NCBI GenBank assembly: GCA_964057225.1
Contig: OZ059900.1
Span: forward strand, 4,464,001-4,528,000
DNA length: 64,000 nt
Reading direction: 5' to 3'
Origin: Auanema rhodensis
Taxonomy: Eukaryota; Animalia; Nematoda
The position numbers and the translations under genes were made by a program. This document shows, one piece after another, positions 12,985-27,900 of this stretch. Below the pieces are notes generated by a model that did no database searches, was not told the origin of the DNA, and saw only the letters and a program-made list of their open reading frames with translations. Positions within the stretch are counted from its first letter, which is position 1, and every line of letters starts with the position of its first letter.

Positions 12985-15900
12985 CTGGTTACCATGCATC
13001 AAACCCATTAAGATTGTGTTTCGAGACTAATATGACCATGGGAAATTCATTAAAATTCACAGTATTCTTCCATCTTTAACGGTATCCGAGTTACAAATCA
13101 AGATCACTTTCTTTGGATACTTAGGTGGTATAGCTACCTGTTCACAAAAAATTGGAAGTCCTGGTTACCATGCATCAAACCCATTAAGATTGTGTTTCTA
13201 GACTAATATGACCATGGGAAATTCGTTAAAATTCACAGTATTCTTCCATCTTCAACGGTATCCGAGTTACAGATCAAGATCACTTTCTTTGGATACTTAG
13301 GTGATATAGCTACCTGTTCACAAAAAATTGGAAGTCCTATTTACCATGCATCAAACACAATACGATAGTGTTTCTAGACTAATATGACCATGGGGACTTC
13401 ATTAAAATTAACAGTATTCTTTCATCTTTAACGGTATCCGAGTTACAAATCAAGATCACTTTCTTTGGATACTTAGGTGGTATAGCTACCTGTTCACAAA
13501 AAATTGGAAGTCGTGGTTACCATGCATCAAACACAATAAGATAGTGTTTCTAGACTAATATAACCATGGGGACTTCATTAAAATTAACAGTATTCTTCTA
13601 TCTTCAACGGTATCCGAGTTACAGATCAAGATCACTTTCTTTGGATACTTAGGTGATATAGCTACCTGTTCACAAAAAATTGGAAGTCCTATTTACCATG
13701 CATCAAACACAATACGATAGTGTTTCTAGACTAATATGACCATGGGGACTTCATTAAAATTAACAGTATTCTTTTATCTTTAACGGTATCCGAGTTACAA
13801 ATCAAGATCACTTTCTTTGGATACTTAGGTGATATAGCTACCTGTTCACAAAAAATTGGAAGTCCTATTTACCATGCATCAAACACAATACGATAGTGTT
13901 TCTAGACTAATATGACCATGGGGACTTCATTAAAATTAACAGTATTCTTTCATCTTTAACGGTATCCGAGTTACAAATCAAGATCACTTTCTTTGGATAC
14001 TTAGGTGGTATAGCTACCTGTTCACAAAAAATTGGAAGTCCTGGTTACCATGCATCAAACCCATTAAGATTGTGTTTCGAGACTAATATGACCATGGGAA
14101 ATTCATTAAAATTTACAGTATTCTTCCATCTTTAACGGTATCCGAGTTACAAATCAAGATCACTTTCTTTGGATACTTAGGTGGTATAGCTACCTGTTCA
14201 CAAAAAATTGGAAGTCCTGGTTACCATGCATCAAACCCATTAAGATTGTGTTTCTAGACTAATATGACCATGGGAAATTCGTTAAAATTCACAGTATTCT
14301 TCCATCTTCAACGGTATCCGAGTTACAGATCAAGATCACTTTCTTTGGATACTTAGGTGATATAGCTACCTGTTCACAAAAAATTGGAAGTCCTATTTAC
14401 CATGCATCAAACACAATACGATAGTGTTTCTAGACTAATATGACCATGGGGACTTCATTAAAATTAACAGTATTCTTTTATCTTTAACGGTATCCGAGTT
14501 ACAAATCAAGATCACTTTCTTTGGATACTTAGGTGATATAGCTACCTGTTCACAAAAAATTGGAAGTCCTATTTACCATGCATCAAACACAATACGATAG
14601 TGTTTCTAGACTAATATGACCATGGGGACTTCATTAAAATTAACAGTATTCTTTCATCTTTAACGGTATCCGAGTTACAAATCAAGATCACTTTCTTTGG
14701 ATACTTAGGTGGTATAGCTACCTGTTCACAAAAAATTGGAAGTCTTGGTTACCATGCATCACATCCTTTGAGATAGTGTTTCTAGACTAATATGACCATG
14801 GGGACTTCATTAAAGTTCACAGTATTCTTCCATCTTTAACGGTATCCGAGTTACAAATCAAGATCACTTTCTTTGGATACTTAGGTGGTATAGCTACCTG
14901 TTCACAAAAAATTGGAAGTCCTGGTTACCATGCATCAAACCCATTAAGATTGTGTTTCTAGACTAATATGACCATGAGAAATTAATTTAAGTTCACAGTA
15001 TTCTTCTATCTTTAACGGTATCCGAGTTACAAATCAAGATCACTTTCTTTGGATACTTAGGTGGTATAGCTACCTGTTCACAAAAAATTGGAAGTCCTAT
15101 TTACCCATGCATCAAACACAATACGATAGTGTTTCTAGACTAATATGACCATGGGGAGTTCATTAAAATTAACAGTATTCTTTTATCTTTAACGGTATCC
15201 GAGTTACAAATCAAGATCACTCTCTTTGGATACTTAGGTGGTATAGCTACCTGTTCACAAAAAATTGGAAGTCTTGGTTACCATGCATCAAATCCTTTAA
15301 GATAGTGTTTCTAGACTAATATAACCATGGAGACTTCATTAAATTTCACAGTATTCTTCTATCTTCAACGGTATCCGAGTTACAAATCAAGATCACTTTC
15401 TTTGGATACTTAGGTGGTATAGCTACCTGTTCACAAAAAATTGGAAGTCGTGGTTACCATGCATCAAACACAATAAGATAGTGTTTCTAGACTAATATAA
15501 CCATGGGGACTTCATTAAAATTAACAGTATTCTTCTATCTTCAACGGTATCCGAGTTACAGATCAAGATCACTTTCTTTGGATACTTAGGTGATATAGCT
15601 ACCTGTTCACAAAAAATTGGAAGTCCTATTTACCATGCATCAAACACAATACGATAGTGTTTCTAGACTAATATGACCATGGGGACTTCATTAAAATTAA
15701 CAGTATTCTTTTATCTTTAACGGTATCCGAGTTACAAATCAAGATCACTTTCTTTGGATACTTAGGTGGTATAGCTACCTGTTCACAAAAAATTGGAAGT
15801 CTTGGTTACCATGCATCAAATCCTTTAAGATAGTGTTTCTAGACTAATATAACCATGGGGACTTCATTAAATTTCACAGTATTCTTCTATCTTCAACGGT

Positions 15901-18900
15901 ATCCGAGTTACAAATCAAGATCACTTTCTTTGGATACTTAGGTGGTATAGCTACCTGTTCACAAAAAATTGGAAGTCCTGGTTACCATGCATCAAACCCA
16001 TTAAGATTGTGTTTCTAGACTAATATGACCATGATGACTTCATTAAATTTCACAGTATTCTTCTATCTTCAACGGTATCCGAGTTACAAATCAAGATCAC
16101 TTTCTTTGGATACTTAGGTGGTATAGCTACCTGTTCACAAAAAATTGGAAGTCTTGGTTACCATGCATCAAATCCTTTAAGATAGTGTTTCTAGACTAAT
16201 ATAACCATGGGGACTTCATTAAATTTCACAGTATTCTTCTATCTTCAACGGTATCCGAGTTACAAATCAAGATCACTTTCTTTGGATACTTAGGTGGTAT
16301 AGCTACCTGTTCACAAAAAATTGGAAGTCCTGGTTACCATGCATCAAACCCATTAAGATTGTGTTTCTAGACTAATATGACCATGATGACTTCATTAAAT
16401 TTCACAGTATTCTTCTATCTTCAACGGTATCCGAGTTACAAATCAAGATCACTTTCTTTGGATACTTAGGTGGTATAGCTACCTGTTCACAAAAAATTGG
16501 AAGTCCTGGTTACCATGCATCAAACCCATTAAGATTGTGTTTCTAGACTAATATGACCATGGGAAATTAATTTAAGTTCACAGTATTCTTCTATCTTTAA
16601 CGGTATCCGAGTTACAAATCAAGATCACTTTCTTTGGATACTTAGGTGGTATAGCTACCTGTTCACAAAAAATTGGAAGTCCTATTTACCATGCATCAAA
16701 CACAATACGATAGTGTTTCTAGACTAATATAACCATGGGGACTTCATTAAAATTAACAGTATTCTTCTATCTTCAACGGTATCCGAGTTACAAATCAAGA
16801 TCACTTTCTTTGGATACTTAGGTGGTATAGCTACCTGTTCACAAAAAATTGGAAGTCTTGGTTACCATGCATCAAACACAATACGATAGTGTTTCTAGAC
16901 TAATATAACCATGGGGACTTCATTAAAATTAACAGTATTCTTCTATCTTCAACGGTATCCGAGTTACAAATCAAGATCACTTTCTTTGGATACTTAGGTG
17001 GTATAGCTACCTGTTCACAAAAAATTGGAAGTCCTGGTTACCATGCATCAAACCCATTAAGATTGTGTTTCTAGACTAATATGACCATGGGAAATTCATT
17101 TAAGTTCACAGTATTCTTCCATCTCTAACGGTATCCGAGTTACAAATCAAGATCACTTTCTTTGGATACTTAGGTGGTATAGCTACCTGTTCACAAAAAA
17201 TTGGAAGTCTTGGTTACCATGCATCACATCCTTTGAGATAGTGTTTCTAGACTAATATGACCATGGGGACTTCATTAAAATTCACAGTATTCTTCCATCT
17301 TTAACGGTATCCGAGTTACAAATCAAGATCACTTTCTTTGGATACTTAGGTGGTATAGCTACCTGTTCACAAAAAATTGGAAGTCCTGGTTACCATGCAT
17401 CAAACCCATTAAGATTGTGTTTCTAGACTAATATGACCATGATGACTTCATTAAATTTCACAGTATTCTTCTATCTTCAACGGTATCCGAGTTACAAATC
17501 AAGATCACTTTCTTTGGATACTTAGGTGGTATAGCTACCTGTTCACAAAAAATTTGAAGTCCTGGTTACCATGCATCAAACCCATTAAGATTGTGTTTCT
17601 AGACTAATATGACCATGGGAAATTAATTTAAGTTCACAGTATTCTTCTATCTTTAACGGTATCCGAGTTACAAATCAAGATCACTTTCTTTGGATACTTA
17701 GGTGGTATAGCTACCTGTTCACAAAAAATTGGAAGTCCTATTTACCATGCATCAAACACAATACGATAGTGTTTCTAGACTAATATAACCATGGGGACTT
17801 CATTTAAATTAACAGTATTCTTCTATCTTCAACGGTATCCGAGTTACAAATCTAGATCACTTTCTTTGGATACTTAGGTGGTATAGCTACCTGTTCACAA
17901 AAAATTGGAAGTCTTGGTTACCATGCATCAAACACAATACGATAGTGTTTCTAGACTAATATAACCATGGGGACTTCATTAAAATTAACAGTATTCTTCT
18001 ATCTTCAACGGTATCCGAGTTACAAATCAAGATCACTTTCTTTGGATACTTAGGTGGTATAGCTACCTGTTCACAAAAAATTGGAAGTCCTGGTTACCAT
18101 GCATCAAACCCATTAAGATTGTGTTTCTAGACTAATATGACCATGGGAAATTCATTTAAGTTCACAGTATTCTTCCATCTCTAACGGTATCCGAGTTACA
18201 AATCAAGATCACTTTCTTTGGATACTTAGGTGGTATAGCTACCTGTTCACAAAAAATTGGAAGTCTTGGTTACCATGCATCACATCCTTTGAGATAGTGT
18301 TTCTAGACTAATATGACCATGGGGACTTCATTAAAATTCACAGTATTCTTCCATCTTTAACGGTATCCGAGTTACAAATCAAGATCACTTTCTTTGGATA
18401 CTTAGGTGGTATAGCTACCTGTTCACAAAAAATTGGAAGTCCTGGTTACCATGCATCAAACCCATTAAGATTGTGTTTCTAGACTAATATGACCATGAGA
18501 AATTAATTTAAGTTCACAGTATTCTTCTATCTTTAACGGTATCCGAGTTACAGATCAAGATCACTTTCTTTGGATACTTAGGTGATATAGCTACCTGTTC
18601 ACAAAAAATTGGAAGTCCTATTTACCATGCATCAAACACAATACGATAGTGTTTCTAGACTAATATGACCATGGGGACTTCATTAAAATTAACAGTATTC
18701 TTTTATCTTTAACGGTATCCGAGTTACAAATCAAGATCACTTTCTTTGGATACTTAGGTGGTATAGCTACCTGTTCACAAAAAATTGGAAGTCTTGGTTA
18801 CCATGCATCAATTCCTTTAAGATAGTGTTTCTAGACTAATATAACCATGGGGACTTCATTAAATTTCACAGTATTCTTCTATCTTCAACGGTATCCGAGT

Positions 18901-21900
18901 TACAAATCAAGATCACTTTCTTTGGATACTTAGGTGGTATAGCTACCTGTTCACAAAAAATTGGAAGTCCTGGTTACCATGCATCAAACCCATTAAGATT
19001 GTGTTTCTAGACTAATATGACCATGATGACTTCATTAAATTTCACAGTATTCTTCTATCTTCAACGGTATCCGAGTTACAAATCAAGATCACTTTCTTTG
19101 GATACTTAGGTGGTATAGCTACCTGTTCACAAAAAATTGGAAGTCTTGGTTACCATGCATCAAATCCTTTAAGATAGTGTTTCTAGACTAATATAACCAT
19201 GGGGACTTCATTAAATTTCACAGTATTCTTCTATCTTCAACGGTATCCGAGTTACAAATCAAGATCACTTTCTTTGGATACTTAGGTGGTATAGCTACCT
19301 GTTCACAAAAAATTGGAAGTCCTGGTTACCATGCATCAAACCCATTAAGATTGTGTTTCTAGACTAATATGACCATGATGACTTCATTAAATTTCACAGT
19401 ATTCTTCTATCTTCAACGGTATCCGAGTTACAAATCAAGATCACTTTCTTTGGATACTTAGGTGGTATAGCTACCTGTTCACAAAAAATTGGAAGTCCTG
19501 GTTACCATGCATCAAACCCATTAAGATTGTGTTTCTAGACTAATATGACCATGGGAAATTAATTTAAGTTCACAGTATTCTTCTATCTTTAACGGTATCC
19601 GAGTTACAAATCAAGATCACTTTCTTTGGATACTTAGGTGGTATAGCTACCTGTTCACAAAAAATTGGAAGTCCTATTTACCATGCATCAAACACAATAC
19701 GATAGTGTTTCTAGACTAAAATGACCATGGGGATTTCATTAAAATTAACAGTATTCTTTTATCTTTAACGGTATCCGAGTTACAAATCAAGATCACTCTC
19801 TTTGGATACTTAGGTGGTATAGCTACCTGTTCACAAAAAATTGGAAGTTTTGGTTACCATGCATCAAACACAATACGATAGTGTTTCTAGACTAATATAA
19901 CCATGGGGACTTCATTAAAATTAACAGTATTCTTCTATCTTCAACGGTATCCGAGTTACAAATCAAGATCACTTTCTTTGGATACTTAGGTGGTATAGCT
20001 ACCTGTTCACAAAAAATTGGAAGTCTTGGTTACCATGCATCACATCCTTTGAGATAGTGTTTCTAGACTAATATGACCATGGGGACTTCATTAAAATTCA
20101 CAGTATTCTTCCATCTTTAACGGTATCCGAGTTACAAATCAAGATCACTTTCTTTGGATACTTAGGTGGTATAGCTACCTGTTCACAAAAAATTGGAAGT
20201 CCTGGTTACCATGCATCAAACCCATTAAGATTGTGTTTCTAGACTAATATGACCATGAGAAATTAATTTAAGTTCACAGTATTCTTCTATCTTTAACGGT
20301 ATCCGAGTTACAAATCAAGATCACTTTCTTTGGATACTTAGGTGGTATAGCTACCTGTTCACAAAAAATTGGAAGTCCTATTTACCCATGCATCAAACAC
20401 AATACGATAGTGTTTCTAGACTAATATGACCATGGGGAGTAAATTAAAATTAACAGTATTCTTTTATCTTTAACGGTATCCGAGTTACAAATCAAGATCA
20501 CTCTCTTTGGATACTTAGGTGGTATAGCTACCTGTTCACAAAAAATTGGAAGTCTTGGTTACCATGCATCAAATCCTTTAAGATAGTGTTTCTAGACTAA
20601 TATAACCATGGAGACTTCATTAAATTTCACAGTATTCTTCTATCTTCAACGGTATCCGAGTTACAAATCAAGATCACTTTCTTTGGATACTTAGGTGGTA
20701 TAGCTACCTGTTCACAAAAAATTGGAAGTCGTGGTTACCATGCATCAAACACAATAAGATAGTGTTTCTAGACTAATATAACCATGGGGACTTCATTAAA
20801 ATTAACAGTATTCTTCTATCTTCAACGGTATCCGAGTTACAAATCAAGATCACTTTCTTTGGATACTTAGGTGGTATAGCTACCTGTTCACAAAAAATTG
20901 GAAGTCTTGGTTACCATGCATCAAATCCTTTAAGATAGTGTTTCTAGACTAATATAACCATGGGGACTTCATTAAATTTCACAGTATTCTTCTATCTTCA
21001 ACGGTATCCGAGTTACAAATCAAGATCACTTTCTTTGGATACTTAGGTGGTATAGCTACCTGTTCACAAAAAATTGGAAGTCCTATTTACCATGCATCAA
21101 ACACAATACGATAGTGTTTCTAGACTAATATGACCATGGGGACTTCATTAAAATTAACAGTATTCTTTTATCTTTAACGGTATCCGAGTTACAAATCAAG
21201 ATCACTTTCTTTGGATACTTAGGTGGTATAGCTACCTGTTCACAAAAAATTGGAAGTCCTGGTTACCATGCATCAAACCCATTAAGATTGTGTTTCTAGA
21301 CTAATATGACCATGATGACTTCATTAAATTTCACAGTATTCTTCTATCTTCAACAAAGAAAGTGATCTTGATTTGTAACTCGGATACCGTTGAAGATAGA
21401 AGAATACTGTTAATTTTAATGAAGTCCCCATGGTTATATTAGTCTAGAAACACTATCTTAAAGGATTTGATGCATGGTAACCAAGACTTCCAATTTTTTG
21501 TGAACAGGTAGCTATACCACCTAAGTATCCAAAGAGAGTGATCTTGATTTGTAACTCGGATACCGTTAAAGATAAAAGAATACTGTTAATTTTAATTTAC
21601 TCCCCATGGTCATATTAGTCTAGAAACACTATCGTATTGTGTTTGATGCATGGGTAAATAGGACTTCCAATTTTTTGTGAACAGGTAGCTATACCACCTA
21701 AGTATCCAAAGAAAGTGATCTTGATTTGTAACTCGGATACCGTTAAAGATAGAAGAATACTGTGAACTTAAATTAATTTCTCATGGTCATATTAGTCTAG
21801 AAACACAATCTTAATGGGTTTGATGCATGGTAACCAGGACTTCCAATTTTTTGTGAACAGGTAGCTATACCACCTAAGTATCCAAAGAAAGTGATCTTGA

Positions 21901-24900
21901 TTTGTAACTCGGATACCGTTAAAGATGGAAGAATACTGTGAATTTTAATGAAGTCCCCATGGTCATATTAGTCTAGAAACACTATCTCAAAGGATGTGAT
22001 GCATGGTAACCAAGACTTCCAATTTTTTGTGAACAGGTAGCTATACCACCTAAGTATCCAAAGAAAGTGATCTTGATTTGTAACTCGGATACCGTTAAAG
22101 ATGGAAGAATACTGTGAACTTAAATGAATTTCCCATGGTCATATTAGTCTAGAAACACAATCTTAATGGGTTTGATGCATGGTAACCAGGACTTCCAATT
22201 TTTTGTGAACAGGTAGCTATACCACCTAAGTATCCAAGAAAGTGATCTTGATTTGTAACTCGGATACCGTTGAAGATAGAAGAATACTGTGAAATTTAAT
22301 GAAGTTATCATGGTCATATTAGTCTAGAAACACAATCTTAATGGGTTTGATGCATGGTAACCAGGACTTCCAATTTTTTGTGAACAGGTAGCTATACCAC
22401 CTAAGTATCCAAAGAAAGTGATCTTGATTTGTAACTCGGATACCGTTGAAGATAGAAGAATACTGTGAAATTTAATGAAGTCCCCATGGTTATATTAGTC
22501 TAGAAACACTATCTTAAAGGATTTGATGCATGGTAACCAAGACTTCCAATTTTTTGTGAACAGGTAGCTATACCACCTAAGTATCCAAAGAAAGTGATCT
22601 TGATTTGTAACTCGGATACCGTTGAAGATAGAAGAATACTGTGAAATTTAATGAAGTCATCATGGTCATATTAGTCTAGAAACACAATCTTAATGGGTTT
22701 GATGCATGGTAACCAGGACTTCCAATTTTTTGTGAACAGGTAGCTATACCACCTAAGTATCCAAAGAAAGTGATCTTGATTTGTAACTCGGATACCGTTG
22801 AAGATAGAAGAATACTGTAAAATTTAATGAAGTCTCCATGGTTATATTAGTCTAGAAACACTATCTTAAAGGATTTGATGCATGGTAACCAAGACTTCCA
22901 ATTTTTTGTGAACAGGTAGCTATACCACCTAAGTATCCAAAGAAAGTGATCTTGATTTGTAACTCGGATACCGTTGAAGATAGAAGAATACTGTGAAATT
23001 TAATGAAGTCTCCATGGTTATATTAGTCTAGAAACACTATCTTAATGGGTTTGATGCATGGTAACCAGGACTTCCAATTTTTTGTGAACAGGTAGCTATA
23101 CCACCTAAGTATCCAAAGAAAGTGATCTTGATTTGTAACTCGGATACCGTTGAAGATAGAAGAATACTGTTAATTTTAATGAAGTCCCCATGGTTATATT
23201 AGTCTAGAAACACTATCTTAAAGGATTTGATGCATGGTAACCAAGACTTCCAATTTTTTGTGAACAGGTAGCTATACCACCTAAGTATCCAAAGAAAGTG
23301 ATCTTGATTTGTAACTCGGATACCGTTGAAGATAGAAGAATACTGTTAATTTTAATGAAGTCCCCATGGTTATATTAGTCTAGAAACACTATCTTATTGT
23401 GTTTGATGCATGGTAACCACGACTTCCAATTTTTTGTGAACAGGTAGCTATACCACCTAAGTATCCAAAGAAAGTGATCTTGATTTGTAACTCGGATACC
23501 GTTGAAGATAGAAGAATACTGTTAATTTTAATGAAGTCCCCATGGTTATATTAGTCTAGAAACACTATCTTATTGTGTTTGATGCATGGTAACCACGACT
23601 TCCAATTTTTTGTGAACAGGTAGCTATACCACCTAAGTATCCAAAGAAAGTGATCTTGATTTGTAACTCGGATACCGTTAAAGATGGAAGAATACTGTGA
23701 ATTTTAATGAAGTCCCCATGGTCATATTAGTCTAGAAACACTATCTCAAAGGATGTGATGCATGGTAACCAAGACTTCCAATTTTTTGTGAACAGGTAGC
23801 TATACCACCTAAGTATCCAAAGAAAGTGATCTTGATTTGTAACTCGGATACCGTTAAAGATGGAAGAATACTGTGAACTTAAATGAATTTCCCATGGTCA
23901 TATTAGTCTAGAAACACAATCTTAATGGGTTTGATGCATGGTAACCAGGACTTCCAATTTTTTGTGAACAGGTAGCTATACCACCTAAGTATCCAAAGAA
24001 AGTGATCTTGATTTGTAACTCGGATACCGTTGAAGATAGAAGAATACTGTGAAATTTAATGAAGTCATCATGGTCATATTAGTCTAGAAACACAATCTTA
24101 ATGGGTTTGATGCATGGTAACCAGGACTTCCAATTTTTTGTGAACAGGTAGCTATACCACCTAAGTATCCAAAGAAAGTGATCTTGATTTGTAACTCGGA
24201 TACCGTTGAAGATAGAAGAATACTGTGAAATTTAATGAAGTCCCCATGGTTATATTAGTCTAGAAACACTATCTTAAAGGATTTGATGCATGGTAACCAA
24301 GACTTCCAATTTTTTGTGAACAGGTAGCTATACCACCTAAGTATCCAAAGAAAGTGATCTTGATTTGTAACTCGGATACCGTTGAAGATAGAAGAATACT
24401 GTGAAATTTAATGAAGTCATCATGGTCATATTAGTCTAGAAACACAATCTTAATGGGTTTGATGCATGGTAACCAGGACTTCCAATTTTTTGTGAACAGG
24501 TAGCTATACCACCTAAGTATCCAAAGAAAGTGATCTTGATTTGTAACTCGGATACCGTTGAAGATAGAAGAATACTGTGAAATTTAATGAAGTCTCCATG
24601 GTTATATTAGTCTAGAAACACTATCTTAAAGGATTTGATGCATGGTAACCAAGACTTCCAATTTTTTGTGAACAGGTAGCTATACCACCTAAGTATCCAA
24701 AGAAAGTGATCTTGATTTGTAACTCGGATACCGTTGAAGATAGAAGAATACTGTGAAATTTAATGAAGTCTCCATGGTTATATTAGTCTAGAAACACTAT
24801 CTTAATGGGTTTGATGCATGGTAACCAGGACTTCCAATTTTTTGTGAACAGGTAGCTATACCACCTAAGTATCCAAAGAAAGTGATCTTGATTTGTAACT

Positions 24901-27900
24901 CGGATACCGTTGAAGATAGAAGAATACTGTGAAATTTAATGAAGTCTCCATGGTTATATTAGTCTAGAAACACTATCTTAAAGGATTTGATGCATGGTAA
25001 CCAAGACTTCCAATTTTTTGTGAACAGGTAGCTATACCACCTAAGTATCCAAAGAAAGTGATCTTGATTTGTAACTCGGATACCGTTGAAGATAGAAGAA
25101 TACTGTTAATTTTAATGAAGTCCCCATGGTTATATTAGTCTAGAAACACTATCTTATTGTGTTTGATGCATGGTAACCACGACTTCCAATTTTTTGTGAA
25201 CAGGTAGCTATACCACCTAAGTATCCAAAGAAAGTGATCTTGATTTGTAACTCGGATACCGTTGAAGATAGAAGAATACTGTTAATTTTAATGAAGTCCC
25301 CATGGTTATATTAGTCTAGAAACACTATCTTATTGTGTTTGATGCATGGTAACCACGACTTCCAATTTTTTGTGAACAGGTAGCTATACCACCTAAGTAT
25401 CCAAAGAAAGTGATCTTGATTTGTAACTCGGATACCGTTGAAGATAGAAGAATACTGTGAAATTTAATGAAGTCTCCATGGTTATATTAGTCTAGAAACA
25501 CTATCTTAAAGGATTTGATGCATGGTAACCAAGACTTCCAATTTTTTGTGAACAGGTAGCTATACCACCTAAGTATCCAAAGAGAGTGATCTTGATTTCT
25601 AACTCGGATACCGTTAAAGATAAAAGAATACTGTTAATTTTAATTTACTCCCCATGGTCATATTAGTCTAGAAACACTATCGTATTGTGTTTGATGCATG
25701 GGTAAATAGGACTTCCAATTTTTTGTGAACAGGTAGCTATACCACCTAAGTATCCAAAGAAAGTGATCTTGATTTGTAACTCGGATACCGTTGAAGATAG
25801 AAGAATACTGTGAAATTTAATGAAGTCTCCATGGTTATATTAGTCTAGAAACACAATCTTAATGGGTTTGATGCATGGTAACCAAGACTTCCAATTTTTT
25901 GTGAACAGGTAGCTATACCACCTAAGTATCCAAAGAAAGTGATCTTGATTTGTAACTCGGATACCGTTAAAGATGGAAGAATACTGTGAATTTTAATGAA
26001 GTCCCCATTGTCATATTAGTCTAGAAACACTATCTCAAAGGATGTGATGCATGGTAACCAAGACTTCCAATTTTTTGTGAACAGGTAGCTATACCACCTA
26101 AGTATCCAAAGAAAGTGATCTTGATTTGTAACTCGGATACCGTTAAAGATGGAAGAATACTGTGAACTTAAATGAATTTCCCATGGTCATATTAGTCTAG
26201 AAACACAATCTTATTGTGTTTGATGCATGGTAACCACGACTTCCAATTTTTTGTGAACAGGTAGCTATACCACCTAAGTATCCAAAGAAAGTGATCTTGA
26301 TTTGTAACTCGGATACCGTTGAAGATAGAAGAATACTGTGAAATTTAATGAAGTCTCCATGGTTATATTAGTCTAGAAACACTATCGTATTGTGTTTGAT
26401 GCATGGTAACCAAGACTTCCAATTTTTTGTGAACAGGTAGCTATACCACCTAAGTATCCAAAGAGAGTGATCTTGATTTGTAACTCGGATACCGTTAAAG
26501 ATAAAAGAATACTGTTAATTTTAATGAAATCCCCATGGTCATTTTAGTCTAGAAACACTATCGTATTGTGTTTGATGCATGGGTAAATAGGACTTCCAAT
26601 TTTTTGTGAACAGGTAGCTATACCACCTAAGTATCCAAAGAAAGTGATCTTGATTTGTAACTCGGATACCGTTAAAGATAGAAGAATACTGTGAACTTAA
26701 ATTAATTTCTCATGGTCATATTAGTCTAGAAACACAATCTTAATGGGTTTGATGCATGGTAACCAGGACTTCCAATTTTTTGTGAACAGGTAGCTATACC
26801 ACCTAAGTATCCAAAGAAAGTGATCTTGATTTGTAACTCGGATACCGTTGAAGATAGAAGAATACTGTGAAATTTAATGAAGTCATCATGGTCATATTAG
26901 TCTAGAAACACAATCTTATTGTGTTTGATGCATGGTAACCACGACTTCCAATTTTTTGTGAACAGGTAGCTATACCACCTAAGTATCCAAAGAAAGTGAT
27001 CTTGATTTGTAACTCGGATACCGTTGAAGATAGAAGAATACTGTTAATTTTAATGAAGTCCCCATGGTTATATTAGTCTAGAAACACTATCTTATTGTGT
27101 TTGATGCATGGTAACCACGACTTCCAATTTTTTGTGAACAGGTAGCTATACCACCTAAGTATCCAAAGAAAGTGATCTTGATTTGTAACTCGGATACCGT
27201 TGAAGATAGAAGAATACTGTGAAATTTAATGAAGTCTCCATGGTTATATTAGTCTAGAAACACTATCTTAAAGGATTTGATGCATGGTAACCAAGACTTC
27301 CAATTTTTTGTGAACAGGTAGCTATACCACCTAAGTATCCAAAGAGAGTGATCTTGATTTGTAACTCGGATACCGTTAAAGATAAAAGAATACTGTTAAT
27401 TTTAATTTACTCCCCATGGTCATATTAGTCTAGAAACACTATCGTATTGTGTTTGATGCATGGGTAAATAGGACTTCCAATTTTTTGTGAACAGGTAGCT
27501 ATACCACCTAAGTATCCAAAGAAAGTGATCTTGATTTGTAACTCGGATACCGTTGAAGATAGAAGAATACTGTGAAATTTAATGAAGTCATCATGGTCAT
27601 ATTAGTCTAGAAACACAATCTTATTGGGTTTGATGCATGGTAACCAGGACTTCCAATTTTTTGTGAACAGGTAGCTATACCACCTAAGTATCCAAAGAAA
27701 GTGATCTTGATTTGTAACTCGGATACCGTTGAAGATAGAAGAATACTGTGAAATTTAATGAAGTCTCCATGGTTATATTAGTCTAGAAACACTATCTTAA
27801 AGGATTTGATGCATGGTAACCAAGACTTCCAATTTTTTGTGAACAGGTAGCTATACCACCTAAGTATCCAAAGAAAGTGATCTTGATTTGTAACTCGGAT

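Larger units (their letters stand above)
1..21354 (+). repeat. Left forward-orientation satellite arm
   Basis: Forward monomers continue until ...cttctatcttcaac at 21354 (monomer position 47, numbering from window base 1). Confidence 0.97.

Noticed and set aside
22231-22240. 1-bp deletion (tatccaagaa) giving a 175-bp monomer
   Set aside because: It is a singleton in a short A run and cannot be told apart from a sequencing or consensus error.
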